From Psilocybe cubensis (taxonomy: Eukaryota): DNA of 64,000 bases. The stretch is taken from the NCBI GenBank assembly GCA_017499595.2, contig CM039002.1, positions 558,001 to 622,000 of the forward strand. The letters are read 5' to 3'. A program made the position numbers and the translations under genes. Below the pieces are notes generated by a model. The model was not told where the DNA came from and made no database searches. It saw only the letters and a list, made by a program, of their open reading frames with translations. Shown in pieces: positions 48,958 through 63,011 of this stretch (the stretch's first letter is position 1; each line of letters begins with the position of its first letter).

Positions 48958-50291
48958 ATGGGAACAATGAATGCTTCTCAGTTAAACTACGTCGCCGACT
49001 TATGCGAGTCGGCGCTGTATGGTATGCTATTTTTCCCATTCAGATTGGATGACGATTCTAATCACTTTTTAGGTGCCTTCTCCGTCTTAATTCTACTCGT
49101 CATTTGGATTCTTTTGTGAGAAATTCTTCCTGCCGCCAAATTCCACCTACCATGGCTAAAGATGCATCCCTTTCTAGCACGGCTAAGAAGATGACGATAG
49201 TCCATAAATGTATGTTCTTTGCCAGTATTATAATGTGGGCAATGTCAACCGCGCACCTGGGCCTCCTCATACAACGTCTGTCATACGGGAAAAGCACTCT
49301 TTGGGAAGCAAAAGCTGCTGTGTCTCTCGCCACCTTGCAGGTATGCATGTTCTATCGAAAATCGGTGTATTCGACGAATTATCAAACATTTAACCGGATC
49401 TAGTTGATGGTTAGCGACACAATTCTAGTATGGCGAGTTTACGCGGTATGGGGGAAGAGTTACTGGACAATCATTATTCCCGCCATATTGGAAATCAGCG
49501 CAGCTGGTATACTCTTTTGCATCTCAACTGCCATTATTCCATCTAATTTGTGCATTGTTGGTAGCTGTTCGATTTTCCGTGGTCGCAAATGGAACAGAAG
49601 TACTTCGTTTTGTGTCAGACCCCGCTAGTTTTATAGTAGCCGCCAACACAGTTTATTGCACAAGTCTTATTGCGGGAAGAATCTAGTAAGAACTTGCTGA
49701 GATAATACACCCCCAATGTACTCATATCTGATTCCACTTTGGGTTCTAGCTACTTGCAGTATTGTATCAGAAAGGCGGCACCAACCTTGAATGCATCAGG
49801 AAGAAACAGGTATCAGGCTGCAGTATTGATGATTATAGAATCTGGAGCTCTTCACACTCTGTCTCTGGTTAGTTGCTGTAATGTGTATATTAAGTGTATC
49901 ACTAACCGAAGCCACGATGGTGCTTGTATACTAGATTATTTCTATAATAATTGACAAAGTTAATAGTCCTGGCATACATGTAGCTCTGGATATAAATATG
50001 CCTCTGACCGTAAGACGTCATTTACTATCTTTCCACCCATTCTAAAAAGTCTCTTAGGGAATTCTTCCGACATTAATCCTACTCACTGTGCACTTTGAGC
50101 TCGCGCCGGGCAGCCGTGTATCAAGCTCAGAATTTATGCTCTCTACTGATCATGAATTCCAGACGGCGGAGGCGCCGGCTATAACCTTTAAAGAGGGTAC
50201 AAGTATTGGTTATTCGGGGTCGAAAACAACTGTGAGCACTTTGAAGGATGGAACCAGTGACGAGCCACTTGAGAAGAGATATGAGGTATAG
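48958..50291 (+). CDS. Multi-pass (7TM-like) membrane protein of the expanded agaric hypothetical family
   Basis: LCESALYG|AFSVLILLVIWILL...MFFASIIMWAMSTAHLGL...|LMVSDTILVWRVYAVWG...IIIPAIL...VLMIIESGALHTL...|GILPTLILL; five to six introns. Confidence 0.75.
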
Positions 50292-51048
50292 AACATCACA
50301 GTCTGACAGTAAAGTCCGAAAATACTGTCTATAACGCTCCGTGTTCTTAATAGTTTTGTTTCAACATTACCATTAAGAAACGATTTTCTAACCAAGTCTG
50401 GCTGTAATACACGTGGCCAGTGTCGGAATTTTCAGGAATGCCTTACAAGGCCGAAAAGGCCGGCAAGGCCCGGCTAGCCTTGTGATGCCTCCCAATCTGA
50501 GAGCGTGCCTAAGAAGTAACCGTGATTGACCTTGTAAGGTAGTGGCTTAGAAGTCTATACATGCCTAGCAAGGCGTAGGGAATAAGATTAGATTAAAAGA
50601 CCTTGCTAGGTTGGGCTTGATTCAAAGGGCATCTAACAAATTAAAAGGAAGATGAACGCACTGACATAGTTTCCAATTGATTAGTAGTCAACGATTGCTT
50701 TCAGTAGGAATTGTGTTGAAGTCAAACTTTTATGCACTTACCAAGAACCGAACGCCAGACCTTCAAGACAAGACAAACCTACCAATAGCATTGTTACCAC
50801 TAGACCAAACCTCCTTTCTTAAATTATAGTGTGGCGTTAATATGACACCACATTTTCTGTGCTTAGTCAACTGATGTAACCGATCGAGTCCAGAGTCGTC
50901 TACTCGGACTTCAATTTTTTCAGACAATCTCAATCGTGAGGGCCGTACTATGCATTGAAAAGCAAAGAAGTAATCAACCAAACACAGTAGTATGTCCGCC
51001 ATAATGAGATACACCGGAATGCAAAGTAGTCTAAGTACAGCGTGCCTA

Positions 51049-53047
51049 CTATAATGGTGTAATATTAGCACGCTTACTAGAGCGTGTGCTCCGTGTTTTG
51101 GCTACAACAGTTGCGTCAGGCTGCACAGGGGCCAACCCCTTCTTTCGACCACGTTTTGGCTTGATTACTGGTGCTTCAAGTGGAGAAATGCTTGTGGAAG
51201 CATTAGGAACAGAGACTGTATTGGAAGAAAGGGGAGGGCTTGTCGGAGTCTGAGTCTTCGGAACTGGGAGAAATACTGGGAGTGGAGCATTGACCGTGGT
51301 ATTTGTAACATGGAGTGCAGACTCAAAGGCTGCCGGAGTCGGTTCTAATACCAATGATACATAATGGGCATGAGCTAAACGCGTGGGAATCAAAAGACAA
51401 GTACCTTCGTCAGTATCAGATCTATCTTCAGTAATATCCTGAGTATTAGATGGCAGGTTCCGAGTGCTTTGTAGTGGCGGCGCAAAGTCTTCTACATCAG
51501 AGTCGGTGTCACGGTCTTCCACATTAACGATAGGACCCGGAATAGAAGTTGTTGAACTAGGAGTTATGGTTGTTTGTCGACTAAAGTTGGCAATCATCTG
51601 ATAAACCGGATGCGGAGATGGACTTGACTCGGAATCCGACATCCTGGAATGGCTTGATGTAAGGATTTCCGTAGGCTGCTGTGTAATAGAAGTAGGAATA
51701 ATGGGTTTTTGGTGTGGAAAGAGAATATTATCCCAATATTTGAACAGTGAAGCGAGTGATGACTGCTGTGTAATGAGATAATGCTTGTACATATCGTGTT
51801 GAGCAAGATAAAGCCTCCCTGTTGTTGGTCCTACACCACTACTGGTAAATTCACGGTCGTCGGATAAGATGTATATAGTCTATATTAGTAGTCAATATCT
51901 AGCACTCAATTTATAATACATGTAATAACAAATACATACCGCTGTTGCAGACGCAGCTATCAAGCCTGGTGTTGTACAATTCATACGACTATCAATATGG
52001 GCGCTTGGACTATCTTCCCGTGTTCGAGGCATAATCTCCGCCTTTAAGGCCGATGGCCCTAGAAGAATGATTCTTGCCGTCTAAACTAGAGTTTTAGCCA
52101 GGTATTATGTATTTTCAGAATTAAATATACTGTACCTTCAAAAGAAAATCACTTTTAAAAAGTCCCAAAGCGTTGTTGGTGTCAGAATCTGCAAATAAAA
52201 CTGGGGGAAATGTGTGCGCAGTGTCATTGGGATAAATGAGCTTCCAGATTTCCTTCGTTCCGGTCATCACTTTTACACGGTCCGATGCACCAAGCAATGT
52301 TTGCACAACCGCATGGGAGCTTAGGCCAAAAGACAATGGTGAGGTGAACAGCTCAGATGGAATGTTTGGGAAAATAGAAGGCGCAGAGGTCCGAATCTTA
52401 TTTAGTATTGTTGAACGGCCTTCCGACAAGCCTTTAACGAACTATAGAATAAAGATATATGAGCAAGATATCCTAAACTTGGAAAAAAGATATAAAACGC
52501 ACCACATTAACTGCCATCTCCACATTCTCACTGATAATTGAATGGTACTTTGCTGGAAAGCATTCGTACAATTCCGCAATATTGCCAAGCTTGGATGTAT
52601 TCTCGTCTTTGTACCGAGCAGATGCATTGTTAGAGCTGAACGAAGGCCTGGGATTTCCAAAGAGTGACTTGGGAACAATAATACGATAGAAAATGAAATG
52701 ATATTTAGCAAGACGAATAAGGTCCTTTCGGAGAGCTATTTCGGCTGCGCAATCCGATGTGTCAGAGACAGCAGGTCGAACAGCGCCTTTTTTGTTGATC
52801 AAGCGCATTTTCAAACTTGCGTTTTCCTCTTTAAGCTCCCGGACCTTTGATTCCAGATTAAAAATGGTATCTTGCTGGATCCGACACCTCTGTTTCTATT
52901 CATTAGAATCTAGAAAATGCAAAAATACATTAAAATATTACTTACTTGCTCAAGCTCGGCCAATGTTGCTCCACGGAAAAAAGACGCGCCTGAAATGGAT
53001 GACTCGCCTGCAACGGAGCTTGGAACAATTGACATTGATGAAGACAT
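51049..53047 (-). CDS. Transposon accessory protein: N-terminal coiled coil, helical core (DUF6532/DUF6698-like, tentative), disordered tail with AT-hook-like motif
   Basis: Spliced: MSSSMSIVP...AELEQ|KQRCRIQQDTIFNLESKVRELKEENASLK...|...FPPVLF...GLFKSDFLLK|TARIILLGPSAL...TTPGLIAASATA|TIYILSDDREF...YKHYL...LFKYWDNILFP...KPKRGRKK. Confidence 0.7.
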
Positions 53048-53318
53048 GACCAAAGAGTTGTACCAGAGAGGATATGAGTTAGAATATCAGTGCTGCTACT
53101 CAGAAAGAAGAAATTTTGTGTCTTTTAAACAGAAAAGTGAGCCGCACCCTTTCCTCATGTTAAGCGCCGTGCTATAGCCTTGATATAACATCATTTTCCC
53201 ACTATGTAAAGGATCAAGCTGAAAATTTAATATAACGTGTACAAAACACAAAAATAGAGCACTATGCATGCTTGATTACACTCTTTATTGTATTCTGTTT
53301 AATATGTAACAACACTAG

Positions 53319-56300
53319 TTATAATAAAACATGTGTAGTTAATTTTATTGATTTTAACCGCCACCACATGTCCGGATCAAGTGAATCCATAACAATAAAC
53401 TCGTTTGCATCATTTCCAAAGTCTGGAATCAGAAGGCCACCGCGTACTATACTACGTACGTCAATAATTGCAGAGTTTGTTCGCCTTCGGGCTCGTACTC
53501 GGAGAAACTCTAAATCTTTATCACGCCTACGTGCCAAATTTGTGCGCTGATCAACCGGTTCATCAAGTGGCAGAATAAGAGCAAGCGGCCACTCTGTTTT
53601 GTCATCTAATGACACAATAAACATGAACAGAAGTTGTGCAAAGCAGTACTTCTGATGATCAAGTGCCAAAAGGACGTAATCATTTCGTGGCCGCTTGTGG
53701 AAACTTTTGCTAACTCGAACCATATCTCTTTGAGCCGACCAATCAATTTCCGACTGATAATGAATTCTTGCAAGCTCAAATGGTGTAATCTGTTACACAA
53801 GTAAGTTTTGACATGAAAAATAAATAATGCTTAAATTGTTCTTGTAACTCTTACCTTATGATTGGCTTTTAATCGGATAGTACTTCCAGAAGCTGCTGCA
53901 AGGTATTTTCCTGTTTTAATCCGGAAGCGTTCAAATGCCATGTTCTCTTTGAATTGTTTTTCCACATCGGCAAATGTGATTATTGCTTGAAGTGACCCAA
54001 TTGAAATGTGACTTTGAGCTCTTTTCTCATTACTTGATCCTGTTAAATGTCAATTTAATAACATTATACATGTACAAACAAATAGACCGTTACCCAATGA
54101 ATTTCCAAGATTGGAAACTTGTGGTGTAGATATAAGTGATTCTTCGCCGTCCTCTTTGGGCATGTCAAGATCATCAATAGCATTGATATCCATGCGAATA
54201 ATCATTGCAATAAGATCATCGTGGTTCATTTTTAATATCTGTTAGAAGCAAATTTACTAGATCAGACAAATAATATTGTACACATGAATTAAAGCACATT
54301 CCTGTGGCGCCACATCTTTGAAATTGGTGTGAAAGCGGTACCAGAGCTTAAGCAAGCCATGTGCCTTTTCATTGGGTTTAGTATTAGAGTTCCGAGTTGC
54401 ACCTTTTGCAACAATATCTTGAATCATATGGACATGTGAATGGATTTTAGGAAAATTCCAATTTTTGTCTGGATGGAGTTGAATATATTCCTGGAAATTT
54501 TATTGTTGAGAGAATTAATTGGGTCTACATATGAATTGGAGAATGCCTTACCTCAAGAATAGAACAGAACTTTGCAAGTTCTTTTTGTAACCCATGTAAT
54601 GTTGTACTGCTATGAATAATCAAAGATGAATACATATCCAATTCTACAAAGCTTCGCATAAGCTTGAGCAGACAATATCCACGGTCTGACTTCTCTAGAA
54701 CATTATGAGATGCATAACAAATGATCTAGAAATCACAGATATATTATATTCACAATTAGTGTCTAAAAAATGCATGTGTACCTTTGCTATATCTTCATAT
54801 TTTGTTCCATCTGCAAATTCTCCTGTCTTAATTATAGATGCAAAGTGATTAAGACCACTCCATCGAGGAATTTGATCAAATCTATAAAAGCATAAACCTT
54901 ATTATTACTTATCCATCAAGAGGTTATATTATCAATGCTTACTGATTGTCAATAATCTCAGCATCTTTCCTTCCAGAGCTATCAATAATAGCCTTAAATT
55001 CTGACCATAAATGATCAGAAAATAGTCCACCATGGTATGCATGTAGTCGATCCCAGGAAAGAGCTTTATATACATCACTCCCATTCATCATCCAAAATAC
55101 ATTCTGTAGGAAATATTAATCAAGAATAATGACATATATAATGCACTATACCTCTACATTTCGTAATCCATATTCTTTTAAATAATTCTCCTTATCTTTA
55201 GCTGTAAAATTTTGTGCCTCTGTATATATGTGTTTCATTTCTGCTGATGTTCGATAAGGGTATACCGTGGTAAGATTTGATAAATTTTCCTTTGGAACCA
55301 AGCATACAGGACACGGAAAGTTGCTTGTAGCACCACGGGTTAGGGCCATAACACATCTATAAAATAGGCGCCCAACAGTTTCATTTACTATAACAATTAT
55401 ATTGAAGTAAACTATTACTTACTGCTCTTCATAATCCGCTGATAAAATCAAAATAAAGAAGAATAGCCACCGGACAATGTTGTCTGCACACTGTGCATAG
55501 TATCCTGTTGTGGCATATTCTTGAACGGACTTAAGAATTTCGTGGAATCCTTTGTGCCAAACAATACGCTTGAAGTTTACAAAAATTTTCTTTCCTGACT
55601 CGCCAGCATCTTCATCAACCTAGAAATCCATATTTGGAGTTTAATACTAAAAAAATTTATAACATTTAGAATGCTTACAATAGGCAGCCATCCAACTAGG
55701 ATTCCCCCACCAATACCATCACTGTTTCGAAGATTTGCTGGAAGATTTGCACAGCGAGCAAGCACTGGATATGCCTTTGCAGTACCAAAGGTGGATAGCC
55801 GAGTTTTGTCTGCATATAGGATAATAAAAAATGGTAATGCACCATTGGGAAGAAGGTTCTAAAGCAGAGTAGGATGATAAGTATTCTACATTTGTAAAAA
55901 GAAAAATATATACATCTACCTGGATGCTCCACCATTCATTTGCAGTCCATGGTTCTCCAATCAACCGGTCTCGTTTACCGTCATTTTGTTTATAATGCCT
56001 TTCAGCAATCCAATGAAACTGTGAAAGTAGAGAAGGATTCTGAAGAAGACTATTGCACCACTCAATTAGTGGCCGGATATACACTTCATACCCAATTTCA
56101 TCATTTTGGTATGGTACAAGATATTCCTTTTTCTGGAACTGTACTCCATAGTATTAGTTAGTACAACTACAAAATAGAAAAAATATTACGCACTCCAGTT
56201 GAACGGTAGCTACGAGCAAGCTCCCAGGTCTTCTCAAGCTCTGATACACTGTCAATTGTAAACTGCTCTGGCTTTTCTTTGATTCTGTCAATAAGGGTTA

Positions 56301-56980
56301 ATAAAATCTGCTTTTGCTGCCTATTCATATGTGAGCTAAGTGCAAGTTCTGCCACTTCGAAGTCAAGACGTGTCCTAAATGGATGCCACGGGTTGGTACT
56401 GGTAGAATGGGGTGTTGGTGACGTTTGATAGGAATTTGGATTATATTGGTGTGTAGGAATGAATTTTGGTGGCATATTTGCACTTGGATGAAATTCAATG
56501 CAGATTTGATGTGGAAGCGGTGGGGGCAAATGATTATTTGAAATTTCATCAAGCATTTGAAGTATAGAGGATTGATTTGTGACTGGCTCAATTGAATCTT
56601 CCGGCTCCATTGAAAGGGAAATATGATGACCATTTAGAGAATCCTGTGTCTCCATTTGAGCCATATCTATAGCAGAATAAGAAGCGGTTGTAGAATCCTC
56701 ATTTGGTATAGCTGGAGAGTGGCTAATAGCAGCATTTAAAATTGATGTATAATGTAGAGAGTCTGTATGAGTTTTGAATGGTAAATGTCAATAATTAGAT
56801 TATACACTATGACATACTATTTTCATAAACCCTATTTGCAAAATCTCCAAAAGCATTCTGTGCATCCAGACTTGGTGTTTTGCCACTACATGATCGGATA
56901 TGTTGAGCAATGCCTTGGATGCTAAACATCTTGTTGCATATTGGGCACAATTGGTCCTTTGGCTGGCGGCGGTTAGCCAT
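53319..56980 (-). CDS. Plavaka transposase (ADYEEQ subtype), intron-rich, with N-terminal zinc finger
   Basis: CPICNKMFSIQGIAQHIRSC; WHPFRTRLDFEVAELAL; IRPLIEWCNSLLQNP; EPWTANEWWSIQ; ILYADKTRLSTFGTAKAYPV; ILSADYEEQ|CVMALTRG...PCPVCLVP; ALSWDRLHAYHGGLFSDHLW; NWNFPKIHSHVH...KGATRNSNTKPNEKAHG. About a dozen short introns; intactness not exhaustively checked. Confidence 0.88.
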
Positions 56981-58861
56981 GTCTTTGAAAGTAAAGAAGA
57001 TATCAGAAAGAGGAGCAGATAAAGAATTAAATATGATCCAACTGCTTTTATACTATTTTACCAGCATCTAATATAGAGTGTGCTGGAGATTATTCGTCTC
57101 ATAGGCCCTAGTTTCATCATTCTGCTGCGCTACATCACTAAGCTACCATAATCAGTTCATCAATTTAGTCTGCCAGAACATGTATTCTAGTAACCATCTA
57201 TCAAAATATGTCATAGTATCCAGCACAAAGGTCTTTAAGAGGTTAAAGATTCTCATTGTTGATGATTAAGGCAGTACTACCATAGTTGTACAGTGCAATA
57301 TGCATGCAACATACAACAATCAACACCGAGTTACAATGCATCAACTTATGAGATATCAGTCAAATCATTCTTTCCCATGTATCATGTTCAAAATTAGTCT
57401 CTCTTCGTGTGGAATTACTGATTATCCACCGTACCCTAGATTATTTACCTTTGTAGATAGCATGTGCTACATAAACAGTTACTTTGGTGAAGACGTAGAC
57501 GATGTATGTGATTTTCTTCTAAGTCCACTGTGTCGCGTGATCCATGTGACATTCTTCTCACGGCCGTGACCCTTTGCTTACTTGTGCTCTATGGCGCACA
57601 AACTGCAGGGATATTGACACAGCACTAAAAGTACATAAAATAAAGTGTAAATGATCCACAATGACGTAGAAAATTGTCCAATTTGATATATCTATACTGA
57701 CCATCCCTTGAATGCCTGACAACTTTGCACTTGCTGTGTATGTGTGTGACGTTAGTCACAGTCAAGTTGTAAGGCCTCGTATGGTTGTAATATGGATCAA
57801 CTTCAACTTCAGTAGGTTTCTTACGGTAGCTTGTACATTTAGCACTCACATTTTCTCAAAATAAATACGCATTTGGTCCTCTAAATACATTCTATAAATC
57901 ATTTTCATTTGCCCCTCTTTACAAGTGAGTGACACATGACTTCTATATTTATCTAATCCAACGCAAGGCAAAAGTCGGCATTCTAAGAGAGCCGAATCAC
58001 ATTAGAAGCCAAATTTTGGCCTAATCTAGGCCCCATCATTGTAAGGCTATCCCGAAATTTCCGACAAGCGGCATGTTTCCTGCTCCGCAGATAATTGTTC
58101 TTCTGAGTTTCAAGACGGCAGTTATTTGCCGTGCTTAATAAGCACGGCCACCTTTCAAATTTCGAGGTTTAAGGTTCAACGTCAACTCGTACCACTACCA
58201 TTGACAGTGACGCTGAACACATTTTGAAGATTTGAACTTCATTTTGTCTCCTTCTCAAGCCACTCACTGCATTCTTATGTATCACTTGGAATTCACTTCG
58301 ACACGATCCGTTCGTATCGGCACTTTTATGCTCTCGAAACCTTACACCATCAATTCAACTTCCCCTCCGCGCAACCTACAGTTTCTCCGTAATTGAACCC
58401 ATGTGGCATCCTCTGCACGCCAGAGGACGGCTCCTGCATTGTGAATTCTTGCCTGGACACTGGACCTCTGGGGATTTACCCTTTTTTGCTAAGCAGTATA
58501 TCTCAGGGCAAGTAAACGGTGCAATGGTATGCCCCTATCTGGTTCCTTTTCACAACTTTATGGATAAAGATTATGAGGCTTTTGATATTCGCCCAAACTG
58601 CTAAGATTTATTTCCTTGCGGCAGTGTCTGGTGACAGTGAAACCTGAACTGATCCATGATAACCATCAATCCAAAGAACACGAGTCAAAGGATAGCGACA
58701 CTATAAAAAGGGGCGATGGTTGGAGCCATCCATCTCTGCGAGGTTTCCAAATTCTGTTTCACAGGTGGGCATACACAAGTGAGTATCATATTACTGGAGT
58801 TGAAAAATATGCCTGTTTACCAGAACGCAGTCATCGAACGTTTCCAATCCACAATTTTTAA

Positions 58862-60194
58862 ATGTCATTTGGAGACCTTCCACTGGAACTCGTTCACCTA
58901 ATCGTGGGCTACTTACGTGACAACGCAAGCACTTTGAAAATCCTATCTCTCGTGTCTCATACCTGTTTAGCTGTGTGTCGAACCCATCTGTTTAGGGTTC
59001 TGCGCATGAACACCCTCAATCCTTCATTTAGCTACAAATGCGCACTTTGGCAAACGGTGCTCAAGCATTCCTCGGCGGTCCTTCCGTACGTGAAGGTCTT
59101 GGAGTTGGGTCCTCCGGTTTTTCAACTTCGCGCTCGCGATGTGAATATGTGTGCCAAGCACTGGACAGAGGTCGTGGATAGAGGTCTGCCATCAATCCAC
59201 AATGAATGCATAGAGTCAATTCTCCAGGGTGTCATACACGTCCAACAGGTCACCCTTCGATTCGAATATCAATCCTGGGGAAAATTTTCCCCGTCCTTTC
59301 AGCGGTCTATTATAGATCTTTTGGGAAGGCCATCTCTGTCATCATTGAGCGTTGAGGACGTTGTAGGCTTCCCTATCAGGATTCTCGGCAGCTGCAAACG
59401 ACTACGGGATCTGTCGTTGATTTCTGTGGAGGAAATTTCCGACGACTATGATCCTGTTTACTGCAGAACCTCCCTCGAGATGACAACGGGTGTAAGAAAA
59501 GGAAGCCTGCAATCGCTTACCTTGTTCGCATCAGACGGTTGCAGCACGTCTTTGGACTGTATCCTTACTGCGCATGACTCTGGAATAATGGTGTCAAGTC
59601 TTCAGCGGCTCTCTGTCAATATGACAGGTTCTGACGGTCAACTGGCACTGATAAAACTATCACATTCTGCATCATCAATTACTACCCTTGAACTTCGTCT
59701 CTCCGATCATATTGGTGCGCCAAACACAGAATGCTTGTGAGGTATCATGCATTTACTCTTCCGTTATATATTTAGGACACAAATTTTGCAGTCTGGGCGA
59801 TTTCCCTGAGTTGCGGATCTTGAAGCTCAGCATTTCGTATGACAGCTTTCGGCCGCTGCATGTTCTGGCTCTCTTTTTGTCTAAATCCCAACCTGCTAAA
59901 AAGTTGGCAGAGATCTCGATCCACCTCAGATTAGACGCCGAAAACTTCGAACGCTCTTCACAGGAGTTAACACGGATATGTTCCAACAAAGACTGGCAAC
60001 TTGTCCAACAAACTTTAATCATGGAAGCTGCCTTTCCATCGCTGAGCAAGTTGAACATTGTGTTTCGGCCTAAAGACGTTGCAACATTTATAAGCGACTA
60101 TCTAAACCTCTCGCTGAATCTTTGTCTTCTCAAAAGCATGCCAACTTTGTACGCGCAAACGCATCCGAAAATTGATATTTACGACGGTACGTGA
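58862..60194 (+). CDS. F-box-like domain protein with LRR-like C-terminus (two exons)
   Basis: MSFGDLPLELVHLIVGYL...TLKILSLVSHTCLAVCRTHLFR; LxxLxL repeats; intron at ~59715-59775 joins ORFs 58862 and 59688. Confidence 0.82.
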
Positions 60195-62056
60195 AGGGAA
60201 TAACTTCATCAGCTAGTGGATGATAGACACTGACTTTCACAGATCGATTTGAACAATATGTGCATAGCTGAAGAACATTCCATACTCTCACTACTATCGA
60301 ATGCAGTTTTCAGTACATGATTCCTACCATCTGTTGGGATGGATTTACACTGTGCTCACTGAGGAAGAGTTTTGTAAACGTTTCAATGTGGAAGTTTTTC
60401 CCGATCTGCGTGTAAGTAAACTAATTCCGGAATCGGCAAAAAGACAAGGGTTGCGTCTAACGCAGGTCTAACGTCGTTCGGCTAGCCATCTGAACACTAG
60501 AAAAATGGATAAGGAGGCCCGATGTACCGGTGTATGCAATACCACCTTCAGGCTTCAAAGTCGTGTTTTTAAATGTCAGGAAGCGGTAAGAAGATATGGG
60601 GAACTGGCCAAGAGCTTCCTCTCAATTTCTTCAATATTGTTCGCCGTCGACTTGCCGCCATTGTGAATTTCCATTCAATATCAATGTCATTGATGTCGCC
60701 TCCCCGGTCAAAGCGTCCGTAAATAGTCCGCAACCCGTAGGTAAGTTTAGTCCAGCAAAACACATCTCATTTGACGATAACAGTTGATGAGACTGCGTCA
60801 ATGAGGACATATAGGCGGTCGAACAGTCTTGATTCAGGTTAAAGTGCAAGGAATAATTTAATCTAGCTGATTCTAAGCATATTTCGTCACCTCGACTTTT
60901 ATGGGTATCTGCAGCGCCCCATGGAGATGAGATCTCGTTGCCACTTTGTCCTTTTTGCTGGCTCCCGGTTCTAGTTTAGTTTTCCTGCTCAATGCCGAAG
61001 GCCGTCGAGTGCTTACCTACGCTCTCCCGTTCCGGGCACATGGCCGCAACGGTTGAACGGGACCTGAAAGTTGGGGTGCGAATTTGAAGTTGGAGCCTTT
61101 ATCTTCCTCCCGTCCACTGCCCAGATTGCTAAATCCATACGATCGGCACCACGCCTTTCGTCCATCTTCAAAGCCGACAGTTGCATCGAGAAACGACGAC
61201 AGCCACTCGTTTCTCCTTGCTCCGATCTCACCGTCTGTCGCTGTGGTCGCGTTCGCGATCGTGCCAGTCTTCGCATCGTCTCATAGTATTCTGGCAAATT
61301 GGGCACGAGGCCTGTACACCCTACGTCAGCTTACTCCACCTGTGTGATACGCACGGCACGAAGATTCCTAAACAAACCTCGCCGAATAGAGGTTTCCTTG
61401 GGTTTCTTGTTCCCTTCATCCCCCAACGAGAGTGGTTGCTTACTCGTCCCCCGTTTTCTCAGTGCCACGTTGTCCTTTATTCCTCTTCGCTCTACGCAAA
61501 ATCTGAAAAAAGGTTTCCAAGCCGCTGCCTTGGTGCAGATTTAACTAGCCAAATCCAAATTTTCTGGTGCCGGACTGCTACGAATTCTCATTCCCAAACT
61601 TTCTAATCTACGACGTGCCTGCGGATAAATCTATCGTATACATCAGATTGGGCGTTTCATTACACCCTGACCTCGCTGCAAAGTCGAACACGTTCATGCC
61701 TAGAGGCTTCACCCTGCGAAATCTCATCGATCATTCTTGTTCAAGATCACGGCCTCATTTACAATTTAGAGGAAGTGCGATAACTACAAAGAGTCCACCC
61801 TCACTCGGCCCCCTGTACGACCGTTTACTTTCTGTGTGCGACCCGTACTCTCCTCATAATTAGAGCTTACTGACGGATCAGGCCTTCCACTCACTTGTCC
61901 TCATCAAAGTAATTTCCACCTCAAACAATCCATTTCCGCTCTTTAAAATCTACATCGTTGTACTCTTCAATTTCAAAGCACCCTACGCTTAGGATCGGCT
62001 CACATATTCTTGATTTCTTGATAAACCCCAGCCCTTGACCTTTAGCGTACACCAAA

Positions 62057-63011
62057 ATGCCCCATCTGCCTACTTCGCAACAGTCCTCATCACAGAAGTC
62101 ATATACTATGTCTCCTGTCTCGCCGACATCGTCTTATACCTCATCTGACTACTCGTATTTCTCTCCACACGCGCCATTTACCAGTCCGAGTCCAAGCACT
62201 AGCAGTGGCACTTTGAGCGTTCCAAGTTCTCCGTACGTCAATGTTGGACCTCTTGCTATTGGACATGGGTACAAACCTCCAATGTCACACAGCGCAGGCA
62301 CAACTATAACAACGACGACGACCTCGCCTGGCGGTCCCGTTATCACCGCCACTATGACGACGCGTACTTCAGCAGGCATTAGCAACGTCAGTAGTGCCGG
62401 TGGCGGTGGCTACGGCAGTTATTCTGGCTACCAGCCCCAAGCCAACAGCAATCAGGATGTCCTTCAGCAGTTTGCGCTCCACATTCCGCCTCCACCGCCA
62501 TTATCGCTGTCTCTTTCTACACAGCGCAATCCTTCCGCTTCCTCCACGGACTCTCGGAATTCCTCTGGATCTCCTCAGATGTCCCTCTCAAGCACACCGG
62601 CCCAGCATACGCTCAGCGTGCTGCTTCCTCGAAACGTCCAGCCTGAAATGGTCACTATATCGGCGAATAAAGGTGATCGAATACGCGTCGTGGCCGATGC
62701 ATGGGGTGGTGGAAATGAATGTGAGTCTGTTCTTACTCTCGGATGCTCCGTGACTTCTGTCCCTTTTTTGAAATTGTGAACGGGCACTAACGACTGATGT
62801 TTATCCCCCTTTCAACAACTTTAATCTCCATATTGTGTTACATGCTCACCTCACGAATTTTTACGGTGCCCTTACAGGTCATTATGAATGGCAGATCAGC
62901 TTCCCACCTCATGACATAGATATGGGCGCTGTACATGCTCGCTTCGATCCCGATGGCCGATTGACGCTTGAAGTGAGGAGAAGAGCTGCTGCCAGAGCGC
63001 GTTATCTCTGA
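62057..63011 (+). CDS. Ser/Pro-rich protein with C-terminal HSP20/alpha-crystallin-like domain
   Basis: HTLSVLLPRNVQPEMVTISANKGDRIRVVADAW...NEC|HYEWQISFPPHDIDMGAVHARFDPDGRLTLEVRRR; intron at ~62722-62877. Confidence 0.75.

Larger units (their letters stand above)
50421..58066 (-). mobile_element. Plavaka-type DNA transposon (7,646 bp), second subtype, TGTC...GACA ends
   Basis: 28-bp TIR with 24/28 matches: TGTCGGAATTTTCAGGAATGCCTTACAA (50421-50448) versus the reverse complement of 58039-58066, TGTCGGAAATTTCGGGATAGCCTTACAA. AG flanks both sides (50419-20 and 58067-68). Encloses a transposase and one accessory gene. Confidence 0.9.

Noticed and set aside
60569-61863. Several 60-140-aa ORFs upstream of the HSP20-like gene
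   Set aside because: No recognisable motifs or consistent exon structure; more likely promoter or 5' UTR sequence.
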